A stretch of 49,370 nucleotides of DNA, from IMG/VR virus record IMGVR_UViG_2522572023_000012, one strand, 5' to 3'. Under the pieces are notes generated by a model. It worked only from the letters and a program-made list of their open reading frames with translations, ran no database searches and had not been told where the DNA came from. The stretch is from a virus. Lineage: Duplodnaviria > Heunggongvirae > Uroviricota > Caudoviricetes. Below, piece after piece: positions 9,117 to 18,812 of this stretch; the first letter of the stretch is position 1; the number at the start of each line of letters is the position of its first letter. Made by a program: the position numbers and the translations under genes.

Positions 9117-9338
9117 CTAATTTGTCTGCACAATATCTAAAGTAGCATCCTGTGATAAAACCATGATTTCCTGATCCAGTTTTTTTAAGGAGTCTATTGT
9201 TTCCTGTCGATAAGACAGCAATTCACGAAGCTGGTTTATAGCTGCCAGCTTCTTTGTCATCCACTCGTAAATTTCCTCATCTGTGTAGCCAGGCGCGACG
9301 ATTTTTGGTTCTGTTTTGTGCATTTCACATCTCCTCAA
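9117..9338 (-). CDS. Hypothetical small protein between the IS remnant and cI
   Basis: 73-aa ORF with coiled-coil-like composition; position corresponds to the moron slot left of cI in lambdoid phages. Confidence 0.35.
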   Translation of the reverse strand: MRRCEMHKTEPKIVAPGYTDEEIYEWMTKKLAAINQLRELLSYRQETIDSLKKLDQEIMVLSQDATLDIVQTN

Positions 9339-9384
9339 GTTATCAGTTACTTGTTGATGGGGACCAGATTGTTAAAGAGCTAAG

Positions 9385-9410
9385 CGTCCTGTAGGGCGCT
9401 TTTTTGTTGC
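9385..9410 (+). terminator. Possible rho-independent terminator (hairpin gcgtcctgtagggcgc + T6)
   Basis: 6-bp stem (one G-U pair), 4-nt loop, followed by TTTTTT on the + strand. Confidence 0.3.
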
Positions 9411-9570
9411 TAACGAATCATCCTGGACTTCATATGCCCCTGGCGGCTACTTCGTGGGCGTCCTGCCTGTTCGTTATCTTTGATATAAAATCTAACTTAA
9501 CTTAGTTATTATGGCAAGAGAAAACACCAAACTTTTCTTAGTTCGGTGCCTTAGTTAGAGAAGAGAGGTC

Positions 9571-10197
9571 TTAGAGTTCGTATTGAACTCCTTTGACTAC
9601 ACCAATGATAAGGCAATTACCATTGATAGGGATGTTGGGATACCGAGGATTTAATGGCACTAAAAACTTTTGAGGGCCATCGATGACTAATTTTTTTACT
9701 GTAGCTTCGTTTGTTCCATCAAGTCGAGCGATGACTATTTTTCCATGACGAGGTTCTGCATCTGGATCTACAATCACTGTTGCGCCTTCTGGTATTGTTG
9801 GGAGGCCATTAGGGTTAGTCATGGAGTCACCTTTAACCTCTAATGCAAATGAGTTATCACCAATCTTTAATGATGTATCTACCCACTTGTCCACTTCACT
9901 AAACACTTCTGCTGCCCTGCACTCAGTAAACTGCCCAGCCTGAACCCACGATATTACAGGAACTCTGCGCATGTTTGTGACGAGTTTGCCTTCAAACTCA
10001 GCACCATAAAGAATGTAATCTATTGACGTATTGAAGAACTTCGCTAATTTCGAAAGTGCCTCCCCACCAGGGGTATTGATGTCTTTCTCCCAGTACCCCA
10101 CAGCAACGTCGCTTACTCCACAAAATTTACCCAATTCTTTCTGGGACGTTCCGGTAACTCTTCTCAGAGCTTTTATACGCTGACCAACCGTTTCCAT
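9571..10197 (-). CDS. cI: CI-like prophage repressor (HTH + S24 LexA-like peptidase domain)
   Basis: N-terminal HTH (QKELGKFCGVSDVAVGYWE); C-terminal S24 motifs (GDSM ... KIVIARLDG...TVKKL); divergent from cro. Confidence 0.9.
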   Translation of the reverse strand: METVGQRIKALRRVTGTSQKELGKFCGVSDVAVGYWEKDINTPGGEALSKLAKFFNTSIDYILYGAEFEGKLVTNMRRVPVISWVQAGQFTECRAAEVFSEVDKWVDTSLKIGDNSFALEVKGDSMTNPNGLPTIPEGATVIVDPDAEPRHGKIVIARLDGTNEATVKKLVIDGPQKFLVPLNPRYPNIPINGNCLIIGVVKGVQYEL

Positions 10198-10294
10198 AGG
10201 AGCACCATTTCTTGAATTGCTAAGTAATCTTAGTTTTTATTGACCAAAGATAGATTTGTAATTAGCATCTAATAAAACTTAGTTTGGAGGGCGT
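10198..10294. promoter_or_regulatory. cI-cro divergent promoter/operator region
   Basis: 97-bp AT-rich intergenic region with two related 14-bp imperfect palindromes, CTAAGTAATCTTAG (10220-10233) and CTAATAAAACTTAG (10269-10282). Confidence 0.5.
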
Positions 10295-10495
10295 ATGACA
10301 ACTGACGATATCGAAAGCTACTTCGGCAGTATTGAGAAAGTTGCTGCTTTTTTCGGCATAACAACTGAAGCCGTTTATCAGTGGCGAAACCGTCCGGGCC
10401 AGTTAATTCCAAAAGGACGTGCAGCAGAAGCTGCATATAGAACTTGCGGACGGTTGCCATTTAAACCTGAGCTTTATGAAAAATCTAATGGATAA
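10295..10495 (+). CDS. cro: Cro-like HTH transcriptional regulator
   Basis: 66-aa ORF divergent from cI; HTH VAAFFGITTEAVYQWRN. Confidence 0.7.
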   Translation: MTTDDIESYFGSIEKVAAFFGITTEAVYQWRNRPGQLIPKGRAAEAAYRTCGRLPFKPELYEKSNG

Positions 10496-11084
10496 ATCGA
10501 TTAACAGAAACCACAGAACGATGAGGCTAACCGTGGGTAAGCATCACTGGAAAGTAGAAAAACAGCCTGAGTGGTACGTGAAAGCTGTCAGAAAAACTAT
10601 CGCAGCGTTGCCGGGTGGTTACGCTGAAGCAGCTGACTGGCTGGATGTAACAGAAAACGCATTATTTAACCGCCTTCGTGCCGATGGCGATCAGATTTTC
10701 CCGCTGGGATGGGCAATGATTTTGCAACGTGCTGGTGGAACTCACTTCATTGCTGACGCTGTGGCGCAGTCTGCAAATGGCGTCTTTGTGTCTCTTCCTG
10801 ACGTCGAGGATGTGGACAACGCCGATATTAACCAGCGCCTGCTGGAAGTCATTGAACAGATTGGCAGTTATTCCAGACAGATTCGTTCGGCAATCGAAGA
10901 CGGTGTGGTGGAACCGCATGAGAAGACAGCAATTAACGACGAGCTGTATCTCTCAATTTCGAAGCTGCAGGAGCATGCAGCACTGGTCTACAAAATCTTT
11001 TGCATTTCAGAAAGTAATGACGCCCGCGAGTGTGCAGCTCCGGGCGCCGTGGCGTGTCGTGACTGTGGAGAAACTAACGCATGA
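10488..11084 (+). CDS. Putative CII-like regulatory protein (start uncertain)
   Basis: Positioned immediately after cro; ORF overlaps the cro end so the start is probably internal (MDKSINRN...). Confidence 0.4.
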   Translation: MDKSINRNHRTMRLTVGKHHWKVEKQPEWYVKAVRKTIAALPGGYAEAADWLDVTENALFNRLRADGDQIFPLGWAMILQRAGGTHFIADAVAQSANGVFVSLPDVEDVDNADINQRLLEVIEQIGSYSRQIRSAIEDGVVEPHEKTAINDELYLSISKLQEHAALVYKIFCISESNDARECAAPGAVACRDCGETNA

Positions 11085-11439
11085 ACAGTTTAACAACACA
11101 CTACCGTCGCTCGCAACTGATTGCGCTTCCTGTACCGGGTGGAAAAGCGAAGGTGGAGTATTGCTATGCAGTTAATGTACCAGGTGACAGGGAAATTGTA
11201 ACCCACAGCTTTGCTGAGTGGGCTGTGGGTGATTTCAACCGGCAGAAGGAGACAGTCCTTTGCGACAAGTTAACCGCTGGTTCAAAGATCACTACGGAGT
11301 GCCCGTCAGAGTCATTCGTTGGGAGTCGGAAACACAACGAGTTATCTACCTCCGCGAAGGCTATGAGCATGAGTGCTTCAGCCCGCTCGAACAGTTTCGT
11401 CGTAAATTCAGGGAAATAGAGGTCGGTCATGAGCACTAA
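11081..11439 (+). pseudogene. Hypothetical protein with an apparent -1 frame change near 11225-11260
   Basis: N-terminal part reads in the listed frame ([10 protein letters not shown]...AEWAVGDF); a second frame continues protein-like (...[63 protein letters not shown]) to a stop overlapping the next gene's start. Confidence 0.4.
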
Positions 11440-12370
11440 ATTAACCGGCTATGTATGGGATGGTTGCGCTGCATCAGGCATGAAATTATCCAGCGTGGCA
11501 ATTATGGCCCGCCTGGCTGATTTCAGTAATGACGAAGGTGTGTGCTGGCCATCAATTGAAACTATTGCCCGTCAGATTGGCGCGGGGATGAGTACCGTCA
11601 GGACGGCTATCGCACGGCTGGAAGCAGAAGGCTGGTTAACGCGTAAGGCGCGTCGCCAGGGTAACCGCAATGCGTCGAATGTTTATCAGCTTAACGTTGC
11701 GAAGCTTCAGGCAGCGGCATTTTCTCAACTGTCAGATTCTGACCCGTCAAAATCTGACGCATCAAAATCTGACCCGTCAAAATTTGATGCGTCGAAATCT
11801 GGCAAAAAAGCGGGTTTTCACCCGTCAGAATCTGGCGGGGATCCGTCAGTAAAATCAAAACATGATCCGTCAGATAAAAAACCTTCTCGTCCGGACGCTT
11901 CGCAACCGGACACGCAGACGGATGAACAGGATTTTTTAACTCGCCATCCTGATGCGGTTGTATTCAGCCCTAAAAAGCGCCAGTGGGGAACGCAGGATGA
12001 TTTGACCTGCGCACAGTGGCTCTGGAAAAAAATCATCGCCCTGTACGAGCAAGCCGCCGAATGTGACGGCGAGGTGGTTCGTCCCAAAGAACCGAACTGG
12101 ACAGCCTGGGCAAACGAAATTCGCCTGATGTGTGTGCAGGATGGTCGTACTCACAAACAAATCTGCGAGATGTACAGCCGCGTCAGCCGCGATCCGTTCT
12201 GGTGCCGTAACGTGCTCAGCCCGTCGAAGTTGCGGGAAAAATGGGATGAGCTTTCCCTGCGCTTATCACCGTCCGTCAGCACGTACACCGAAAAACGCGA
12301 AGACCCGTACTTCAAATCCAGTTACGACAACGTGGACTACAGCCAGATCCCGGCAGGATTCAGGGGGTGA
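11429..12370 (+). CDS. Replication initiation protein: N-terminal winged-HTH, internal iteron/linker region, C-terminal DnaT-like domain
   Basis: N-terminal wHTH (CWPSIETIARQIGAGMSTVRTAIARLEAEGWL); C-terminus ends ...YSQIPAGFRG, resembling the C-terminus of primosomal protein DnaT as I recall it; central low-complexity DPSKSDASKS repeats. Confidence 0.8.
   Translation: MSTKLTGYVWDGCAASGMKLSSVAIMARLADFSNDEGVCWPSIETIARQIGAGMSTVRTAIARLEAEGWLTRKARRQGNRNASNVYQLNVAKLQAAAFSQLSDSDPSKSDASKSDPSKFDASKSGKKAGFHPSESGGDPSVKSKHDPSDKKPSRPDASQPDTQTDEQDFLTRHPDAVVFSPKKRQWGTQDDLTCAQWLWKKIIALYEQAAECDGEVVRPKEPNWTAWANEIRLMCVQDGRTHKQICEMYSRVSRDPFWCRNVLSPSKLREKWDELSLRLSPSVSTYTEKREDPYFKSSYDNVDYSQIPAGFRG
11728..11880. 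repeat. Putative replication origin iterons: about seven 15-bp-periodic repeats of CCGTCA(A/G)AATCTG followed by an A-rich tract, inside the initiator gene
   Basis: Direct repeats ccgtcaaaatctga / gcatcaaaatctga / ccgtcaaaatttga / gcgtcgaaatctgg / ccgtcagaatctgg / ccgtcagtaaaatc / ccgtcagataaaaa. Confidence 0.6.
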
Positions 12371-12852
12371 TCATGAGCCTGATGAGTGAGATTCAAAAAT
12401 TCATTGAAAGCAATCCTGGATGTACGACCGGTGATATTGCGAACGCGTTTGCATACTTTCCACGTCCCCGTGTACTGAATACGACCAGTAAGTTACGCCA
12501 GTGCAGACGTGTCGCTTATCGCAGTGAAGGCAAAACACACCGGCATTTTTCTCGCAAGGCTGTGTTGCCACCTGAGCCGGTGCTGAAGCATATGAGTGTG
12601 GCCAGTAAAAGCTACGTCGGCACTAATGATCAGCGGGTGATTTTGCGCCTGATTCAGCAGGCAGAAGATCTGGAGTCAAGAGGTTTATTTCGTCGTGCTG
12701 CAACGGTGTGGATGGAGGCATTCCGTGAAAGCCACTCCCAGTCAGAACGAAACAATTTTCTGGCGCGCCGTGAGCGGTGTGTACGCAAAAGTAAAAGGTG
12801 CGTGGCATCGGGTGAAGAGTGGTATCTGCCAGGCAATTACGTGGGGGCTTAA
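12367..12852 (+). CDS. Hypothetical regulatory protein (possibly PerC-like)
   Basis: 161-aa basic protein after the replication gene; PerC-like assignment is from recalled family character only. Confidence 0.4.
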   Translation: MIMSLMSEIQKFIESNPGCTTGDIANAFAYFPRPRVLNTTSKLRQCRRVAYRSEGKTHRHFSRKAVLPPEPVLKHMSVASKSYVGTNDQRVILRLIQQAEDLESRGLFRRAATVWMEAFRESHSQSERNNFLARRERCVRKSKRCVASGEEWYLPGNYVGA

Positions 12853-13178
12853 TGACGACGTTAACTCAATGCCAGCAGCAGGTGCTGGATATGCTGATTT
12901 CTTACCAGAAAGAACGTGGCTTCCCGCCAACCAATCAGGAGGTGGCAACCATGCTGGGATACCGTTCAGTGAATGCAGCGGTGGAGCATCTTCGCGCACT
13001 GGAGAAAAAAGGCGTCATCACAATAAAGCGTGGCGTGGCCCGGGGGATAACGCTTCATACCGCAGTGAAGGACGACGACAGCGAGGCGGTCGGGATTATC
13101 CGCGCACTGCTTGCCGGTGAGGAAAACGCCAGGCTGCGTGCAACTCACTGGTTACATGAGAGGGGCTTGAAAGTATGA
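12852..13178 (+). CDS. LexA N-terminal-like winged-helix DNA-binding protein (no peptidase domain)
   Basis: MTTLTQCQQQVLDMLISYQKERGFPPTNQEVATMLGYRSVNAAVEHLRALEKKGVI matches the LexA DNA-binding domain pattern. Confidence 0.55.
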   Translation: MTTLTQCQQQVLDMLISYQKERGFPPTNQEVATMLGYRSVNAAVEHLRALEKKGVITIKRGVARGITLHTAVKDDDSEAVGIIRALLAGEENARLRATHWLHERGLKV

Positions 13179-13564
13179 AGCTTATCCTGCCTTTCCCGCC
13201 CAGCGTGAACACGTACTGGCGACACCCTAACAAAGGGGCGTTTGCAGGTAAGAGCCTGATAAGCGCGGCGGGGCGAAAATTCCAGAGCGCGGCGTGCGCA
13301 GCAATAGTTGAGCAGTTACATCGTCTGCCGAAACCAACGTCGGCACCTGCTTCAGTGGAGATCGTGTTGTTTCCTCCGGATAACCGGATCCGCGATCTGG
13401 ACAACTATAACAAGGCGCTGTTTGATGCCCTGACCCACGCGGGTGTGTGGGAAGACGACAGACAGGTGAAAAGAATGCTGGTGGAGTGGGGACCGGTTAT
13501 CCCGAAAGGGAAGGTCGAGATCACTATCAGTAAGTATGAGAAACCGGCGGGTGCAGCCGCCTGA
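13175..13564 (+). CDS. rusA: Holliday junction resolvase RusA
   Basis: Classic RusA N-terminus LPFPPSVNTYWR and catalytic Asp region (DLDNYNKALFDAL); about 120 aa. Confidence 0.9.
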   Translation: MKLILPFPPSVNTYWRHPNKGAFAGKSLISAAGRKFQSAACAAIVEQLHRLPKPTSAPASVEIVLFPPDNRIRDLDNYNKALFDALTHAGVWEDDRQVKRMLVEWGPVIPKGKVEITISKYEKPAGAAA

Positions 13565-13583
13565 TTAAGAGGAGAAACGAAGT

Positions 13584-14381
13584 ATGAATAATCTGATGGT
13601 TATTGATGGTATTGAAGTTCGTCGTGATGCTTATGGGCGTTACAGCCTGAACGATCTGCACAGGGCTGCCGGTTCTCTGGATAAGCATAAGCCTGCATTC
13701 TGGCTCCGCAATGAGCAAACTGAACGTTTAATAAGCGAGTTGCAGATTTGCAACTCGGTCAATATAGAGCCAGTTAACGTTATTCGTGGCGGAAATAACC
13801 AGGGGACGTATGTCTGCAAAGAACTGGTGTATGCCTATGCAATGTGGATCAGCCCGTCATTCCATCTGAAGGTGATCCGTACTTTCGACATGGTAACCAG
13901 CGCACCGGAAAAATTATCCGGACAGGCTGCTGACAAGATGCAGGCTGGTGTGATTCTGCTGGACTTTATGCGCCGGGAATTAAACCTGTCTAACTCTTCA
14001 GTGCTTGGTGCCTGTCAGAAACTCCAGGAGGCTGTTGGCTTACCGAATCTGGCACCGCGCTATGCCATTGATGCTCCTGCTGACGCGCCTGATGGCTCAA
14101 GCCGCCCCACGCTGTCACTGAGTGCACTGCTGAAGCAGTATGGTATCCGCCTGACAGCTAATCAGGCATATCACCAGATGGTGAAGCTGGGGATCGTCGA
14201 GCAGCGCGAACGATACAGCCGTACCGCGATTAACAACATCAAAAAATTCTGGTCGCTGACAGCGAAAGGCTGCATGTTCGGCAAGAATATCACCAGTCCC
14301 GCAAATCCGCGCGAGACGCAGCCGCATTTATTCGAATCCCGATTCCCTGAGCTGTTAAAGCTGCTCGATACCGTTCATTGA
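13584..14381 (+). CDS. KilA-N domain-containing protein (antirepressor-like)
   Basis: N-terminal KilA-N pattern (IDGIEVRRDAYGRYSLNDLHRA...KPAFWLRNEQT). Confidence 0.7.
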   Translation: MNNLMVIDGIEVRRDAYGRYSLNDLHRAAGSLDKHKPAFWLRNEQTERLISELQICNSVNIEPVNVIRGGNNQGTYVCKELVYAYAMWISPSFHLKVIRTFDMVTSAPEKLSGQAADKMQAGVILLDFMRRELNLSNSSVLGACQKLQEAVGLPNLAPRYAIDAPADAPDGSSRPTLSLSALLKQYGIRLTANQAYHQMVKLGIVEQRERYSRTAINNIKKFWSLTAKGCMFGKNITSPANPRETQPHLFESRFPELLKLLDTVH

Positions 14382-14382
14382 G

Positions 14383-15378
14383 GTGACCGTGAGAGCACTA
14401 CTGACCCCTGAAATTGCCCCGCGTATGGGGATCGTATTGTTCAGGCCAGGTTCAGAGCTGATGCCCCTGTTTATGCAGGGGCGTGTCCTGCTGGAGCCTG
14501 AGCCGGAACGTTATTCATCTTTCGCCAGTGGTGCCGTTCCGGCGGCATCACAACCGCTGGCGGATGATCCTGCCGTTCGGGCCGTGTTCCGCAATGAGGC
14601 AGTGATCCGTCGTGCTGGTGGTGTGGAATGTCTTGAAAGCTGGTTACTTCGTGAAAAGGGCTGTCAGTGGCCTCATTCCGACTGGCACAGCGAGAACATG
14701 ACCACAATGCGGCACGCTCCGGGAGCAATTCGTCTGTGCTGGCACTGCGATAACCAGCTGCGTGACCAGTTCACGGAACGGCTGGAATCAATGGCAACGG
14801 ATAACTGTGCCCGCTGGGTGTTGTCTGTCGTGCGTCGGGATCTCGGTTTTGATGACAGTCACGTTGTGACAATGCCGGAACTGTGCTGGTGGCTGGTTCG
14901 TAATGATTTGGCGGATGCCTTACCGGAAAGTGCAGCCCGTAAGGCACTGAGATTACCGAAGCCTGTTGTGCCATCTGTCACCCGGGAAAGTGACCTTGTG
15001 CCTTCGGTTCCTGCCACCAGCATAATCCAGGATAAAGCGAAAAAGGTGCTGGCGCTGAAAGTGGATCCGGAGTCGCCGGAGTCTTTTATGTTACGCCCCA
15101 AACGTCGCCGCTGGGTTAATGAAAAGTACACGCGCTGGGTTAAGACGCAGCCGTGCGCATGTTGTGGAAAGCCAGCTGATGATCCCCACCACCTGATAGG
15201 CCACGGTCAGGGTGGAATGGGTACAAAAGCGCATGATCTCTTTGTGTTGCCTTTGTGCAGAAAGCATCACGACGAGCTGCATGCGGATACCGTGACATTT
15301 GAAGAGAAGTATGGCTCCCAACTGGAGCTGATATTTCGTTTTATCGATCGTGCGCTGGCAATTGGCGTACTGGCGTAA
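14383..15378 (+). CDS. DUF968-family protein (YdfU-like) with C-terminal Cys/His-rich region
   Basis: 331 aa; C-terminal CACCGKPADDPHHLIGHGQGG...HHDELH metal-binding-like motif, as in lambdoid DUF968 proteins. Confidence 0.65.
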   Translation: MTVRALLTPEIAPRMGIVLFRPGSELMPLFMQGRVLLEPEPERYSSFASGAVPAASQPLADDPAVRAVFRNEAVIRRAGGVECLESWLLREKGCQWPHSDWHSENMTTMRHAPGAIRLCWHCDNQLRDQFTERLESMATDNCARWVLSVVRRDLGFDDSHVVTMPELCWWLVRNDLADALPESAARKALRLPKPVVPSVTRESDLVPSVPATSIIQDKAKKVLALKVDPESPESFMLRPKRRRWVNEKYTRWVKTQPCACCGKPADDPHHLIGHGQGGMGTKAHDLFVLPLCRKHHDELHADTVTFEEKYGSQLELIFRFIDRALAIGVLA

Positions 15379-15391
15379 GTGGAGAACGAGC

Positions 15392-16144
15392 ATGAACCTT
15401 GAAGCCTTACCAAAATATTACTCCCCAAAATCTCCAAAATTGAGTGATGCCGCACCGGCGACAGGCTCAGGTGGTTTAACGATTACGGATGTGATGGCTG
15501 CGCAGGGGATGGTGCAGTCGAAAGCACCGCTTGGGTTTGCCTTATTCCTGGCAAAAGCTGGCGTTCAGGATCCTCAGTTTGCGATTGAAGGTCTGCTCAA
15601 TTACGCGATGGCACTGGATAACCCGACATTGAACAAATTGAGTGAAGAAATCCGGTTACAGATCATCCCTTACCTTGTGAGTTTTGCCTTTGCTGATTAT
15701 TCCAGGTCTGCGGCAAGTAAGGCTCGCTGTGAGCCTTGTGCTGGTACTGGATTTCATAATGTATTGCGCGAAGTGGTGAAATACTCCAGAAGCGGGGAGT
15801 CTGTTATCAAGGAAGAGTGGGTGAAGGAACTATGTCAGCATTGTCATGGTAAGGGAGAAGTCAGCACAGCGTGCAGAGGGTGTAAGGGTAAAGGTATTGT
15901 CCTGGATGAAAAAAGGACCCGGCTTCATGGCGCGCCTGTTTATAAGATTTGTGGGCGTTGCAATGGAAACCGGTTTAGTCGTTTACCAACGACACTGGCG
16001 CGGTGTCATGTCCAGAAGCTGGTACCAGACCTGACTGATTATCAGTGGTACAAAGGATATGCAGATGTCATTGATAAACTGGTTACAAAGTGCTGGCAGG
16101 AAGAAGCATATGCTGAGGTGCAATTAAGAAAAGTGACGAGATAA
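15392..16144 (+). CDS. Late-gene antitermination protein Q
   Basis: Cys-rich zinc-binding segment (CEPCAGTG...CQHCHGKGE...CRGCKGKG...CGRCNG); located just upstream of a terminator and the lysis cassette. Confidence 0.75.
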   Translation: MNLEALPKYYSPKSPKLSDAAPATGSGGLTITDVMAAQGMVQSKAPLGFALFLAKAGVQDPQFAIEGLLNYAMALDNPTLNKLSEEIRLQIIPYLVSFAFADYSRSAASKARCEPCAGTGFHNVLREVVKYSRSGESVIKEEWVKELCQHCHGKGEVSTACRGCKGKGIVLDEKRTRLHGAPVYKICGRCNGNRFSRLPTTLARCHVQKLVPDLTDYQWYKGYADVIDKLVTKCWQEEAYAEVQLRKVTR

Positions 16145-16249
16145 ATGATTTTCGCCGAAGATGGCGACGTAATGCTTGCATTTTTCAAAAAATATGGATA
16201 AAATTTTTTCAACGATGGGCTTTATATACCCGACGTTAAGAAAAAGTAG

Positions 16250-16277
16250 AAAACCCGCTGATGAGCGGGTTTTTGTG
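16250..16277 (+). terminator. Rho-independent terminator downstream of Q (tR'-like)
   Basis: aaaacccgctgatgagcgggtttttgtg: GC stem with U-tract. Confidence 0.6.
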
Positions 16278-16559
16278 CTTTAAATAGGGTAATAGAGATG
16301 TTGAATCTCATTCCGGGATTCATGTTTGTTTACTTATTATTTATCGGGTGACTTTGCCTGATGTTTAAAATGTTTTCTTCCAGTACTATGTCCCTAGATA
16401 CAATGAGTCTGCATATTACATTATTAGCAGAGCTATTACGGTCAAAGTACAGCATAAGCTTTAAAAGCCAATCAACCAGTCATCAAGACAGACGGGGTTA
16501 TTCATGAAAACTCTCCATGTTTGATTCGATGGGGCCTGAAATTAAAGCTTTAATATAGC

Positions 16560-16772
16560 TCATGAAAGGTAAACATTGGCAGCTGAAGGGCCACGCAGAC
16601 CATTTATCCGGCAAAATTCCACGCGTAATCCGGTGGTAATTTCTTCTGCATCGCGGAGATTGAGCGCTGAAACATGAAGCTGGACATCGATACGACCATC
16701 GGATGGGGTGATAAGACCCTTGCCGCTTTTGCCGTCAAAGGTTTTGACAATTCCTGTCATTTTACGGGACAA
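16560..16772 (-). CDS. cspF: Cold-shock protein family member (CspF/CspH-like)
   Basis: [27 protein letters not shown]...[19 protein letters not shown], a cold-shock domain of the CspF/H subgroup. Confidence 0.8.
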
Positions 16773-17072
16773 AAAAATTCCTTAATACTGATAACTGGGC
16801 GCACTATACACACGTTCCTGAAGAAAGCTATAGTTTTTTGATGGGGTTGAAGATGGCTGGATGTCTAAAATAAACATTGCTTCATATGTTCAACTATGCG
16901 TTAATGATTGCGTCGGTTTGAAGAACAGACGATATACGAAGTAGTTTACTAAAGCAGTTCTCATTTCAGGTGTTATTCACTTATTCCTTCTTTGAGTCTC
17001 TCCAATTAAGTACGAAGTCGTTTCTGTTATACAAGCCATTTATGCCGAAAGGCTCAAGTTAAGGAATGTAGA

Positions 17073-17288
17073 ATGTCAAATAAAATGACTGGTTTAGTAA
17101 AATGGTTTAACGCTGATAAAGGTTTTGGCTTTATTTCTCCTGTTGATGGTAGTAAAGATGTGTTTGTGCATTTTTCTGCGATTCAGAATGATAATTTTCG
17201 AACCTTATTTGAAGGTCAAAAGGTTACCTTCTCTGTAGAGAGTGGTGCTAAAGGTCCTGCAGCAGCAAATGTCATAATTACTGATTAA
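17073..17288 (+). CDS. cspB: Cold-shock protein CspB
   Basis: [23 protein letters not shown]...[12 protein letters not shown]; near-identical to CspB as recalled. Confidence 0.9.
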   Translation: MSNKMTGLVKWFNADKGFGFISPVDGSKDVFVHFSAIQNDNFRTLFEGQKVTFSVESGAKGPAAANVIITD

Positions 17289-17569
17289 AATTCATAGTTT
17301 GTCTGTATACGATAACGAAGAAGGCTGATGCCTGAGTGGAGATACAGACAGAGTGGTGAATATTGGATCTCTTTAATAAATAGTAAGGAGGTCCAATACA
17401 TGAAACAATGGCCAGCATATTTGGCAATAACTTAATCAGGAAAAGTATGCTAACCATTGTGGTGAAGTGCAGGTTTGCTGCATGAATAGTTTTACAGCAG
17501 AAGCTAACTGCTGGCATAGCAAAACAAAGTGCGTAAGTGGATGACTCCCACAAAAAGTACCACAATATT

Positions 17570-17597
17570 AAACCCGCTCAGGCGGGTTTTTTATTAT
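17570..17597. terminator. Rho-independent terminator (aaacccgctcaggcgggttttttatt), possibly bidirectional
   Basis: GC-rich hairpin with T-tract on the + strand, between convergent cspB and the ydfK-like gene. Confidence 0.6.
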
Positions 17598-17651
17598 CTG
17601 CTTTAAATATGTTATTAAAATATAAAAAATACTTGTTACGAATAAAATCAA

Positions 17652-17822
17652 TCAAGCTACAGCTTTAAGATTTGTCTGGAATACTTTGTTGCAATGAGGG
17701 CAGATCAAAAGGGCACCTTTTTGTACTCTTGAAAAACTGTGTTCTGACTCTTGGGTGCAGTTTGGGCAGGAACATTTAACGAGATAATTACGGCGTGATT
17801 TTGAGTCTTTACGTTCTGACAT
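17652..17822 (-). CDS. YdfK/YnaE-like small Cys-rich protein
   Basis: MSERKDSKSRRNYLVKCSCPNCTQESEHSFSRVQKGALLICPHCNKVF with two CxxC pairs; the ORF-track N-terminal extension is probably not translated. Confidence 0.65.
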   Translation of the reverse strand: MSERKDSKSRRNYLVKCSCPNCTQESEHSFSRVQKGALLICPHCNKVFQTNLKAVA

Positions 17823-18040
17823 AGGCTTTTCCTGTATAAATGGCCGTATACAGTACACTAAATATGAAAACATATCTCGTATTATTATTTAATATATGAT
17901 TTTCTTTTAAAATAATCACCCACATTTTTAATGTGTCTGTTTTTTAGCGCCGTTGAGAACAACGTTTGCTATAAAAACTAACCCATAGACTCCGATCTTT
18001 TCAAACATATTGCACCATCTGTGTACATCGGGGTGAGGAT

Positions 18041-18256
18041 ATGAAATCAATGGATAAGTTAACAACAGGTATCGCCTATGGCACATCGGCTGGTAATGCT
18101 GGTTTCTGGGCATTGCAGTTACTCGATAAAGTAACTCCGTCACAGTGGGCTGCAATCGGTGTGCTGGGTAGTCTGGTTTTTGGCCTGCTGACGTATCTGA
18201 CAAACCTTTATTTCAAGATTAAAGAAGACAGGCGTAAGGTTGCGAGAAGAGAGTAA
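18041..18256 (+). CDS. Holin (class II lambdoid S-like)
   Basis: 71 aa with two hydrophobic segments and a charged C-terminus ([13 protein letters not shown]); directly upstream of the lysis genes. Confidence 0.85.
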   Translation: MKSMDKLTTGIAYGTSAGNAGFWALQLLDKVTPSQWAAIGVLGSLVFGLLTYLTNLYFKIKEDRRKVARRE

Positions 18257-18260
18257 TCCA

Positions 18261-18812
18261 ATGACACAAGACTATGAACTGGTTGTGAAAGGAGTCCGCA
18301 ATTTTGAGAATAAAGTGGCGGTAACTGTAGCCTTACGGGACAAAAAACGCTTTGACGGTGAAATTTTTGACCTGGACATCTCGCTGGACCGTGTTGAAGG
18401 TGCCGCGCTGGAGTTTTATGAGGCAGCAGCCAGAATGAGAATCAGACAGGTATTCCTGGATGTTGCTGCCGGGTTATGTGTAGGGGATGAGCAGTCGCCG
18501 GAAAAGCGCCCCATAATTTTAGAGGCGCAGAATGTGTGGATAACCTACAAAGGAAAGCTACCGGGAAGAATTACTGGTTCTCTGAAGACGCCGCCGACGG
18601 CATTGCGGTCAGAAAAAGATGATATTGAATCGCCCATTGAAAAACTGGAGGGCAGCGTCGCTGATCTGAATAAAAAATTGTCGGTGCTGATCCCTTCTGA
18701 AGATGAAAAAAAACGCCGCGATGAGCAGTTTGCGGCGTTTTACGATTATTGCATTGAAGTTACTCGCAGGAGTTTTGTGAAGATTTTTGAGGAGGGTAAA
18801 TCTCTTCAGTAA
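18261..18812 (+). CDS. Hypothetical protein inserted between holin and endolysin
   Basis: 183-aa ORF from MTQDYELVV; lower GC than its neighbours; no recognised motif. Confidence 0.5.
   Translation: MTQDYELVVKGVRNFENKVAVTVALRDKKRFDGEIFDLDISLDRVEGAALEFYEAAARMRIRQVFLDVAAGLCVGDEQSPEKRPIILEAQNVWITYKGKLPGRITGSLKTPPTALRSEKDDIESPIEKLEGSVADLNKKLSVLIPSEDEKKRRDEQFAAFYDYCIEVTRRSFVKIFEEGKSLQ

Noticed and set aside
8115-9140. ORFs 8115-8396, 8478-8660, 8760-9140 and 8942-9133 within the IS629-like element
   Set aside because: They overlap transposase orfB or the orfA remnant in other frames or on the other strand.
17278-18203. ORFs 17278-17565 and 17928-18203 on the - strand
   Set aside because: The first lies in the terminator-containing intergenic region after cspB; the second overlaps the holin gene and its upstream region.
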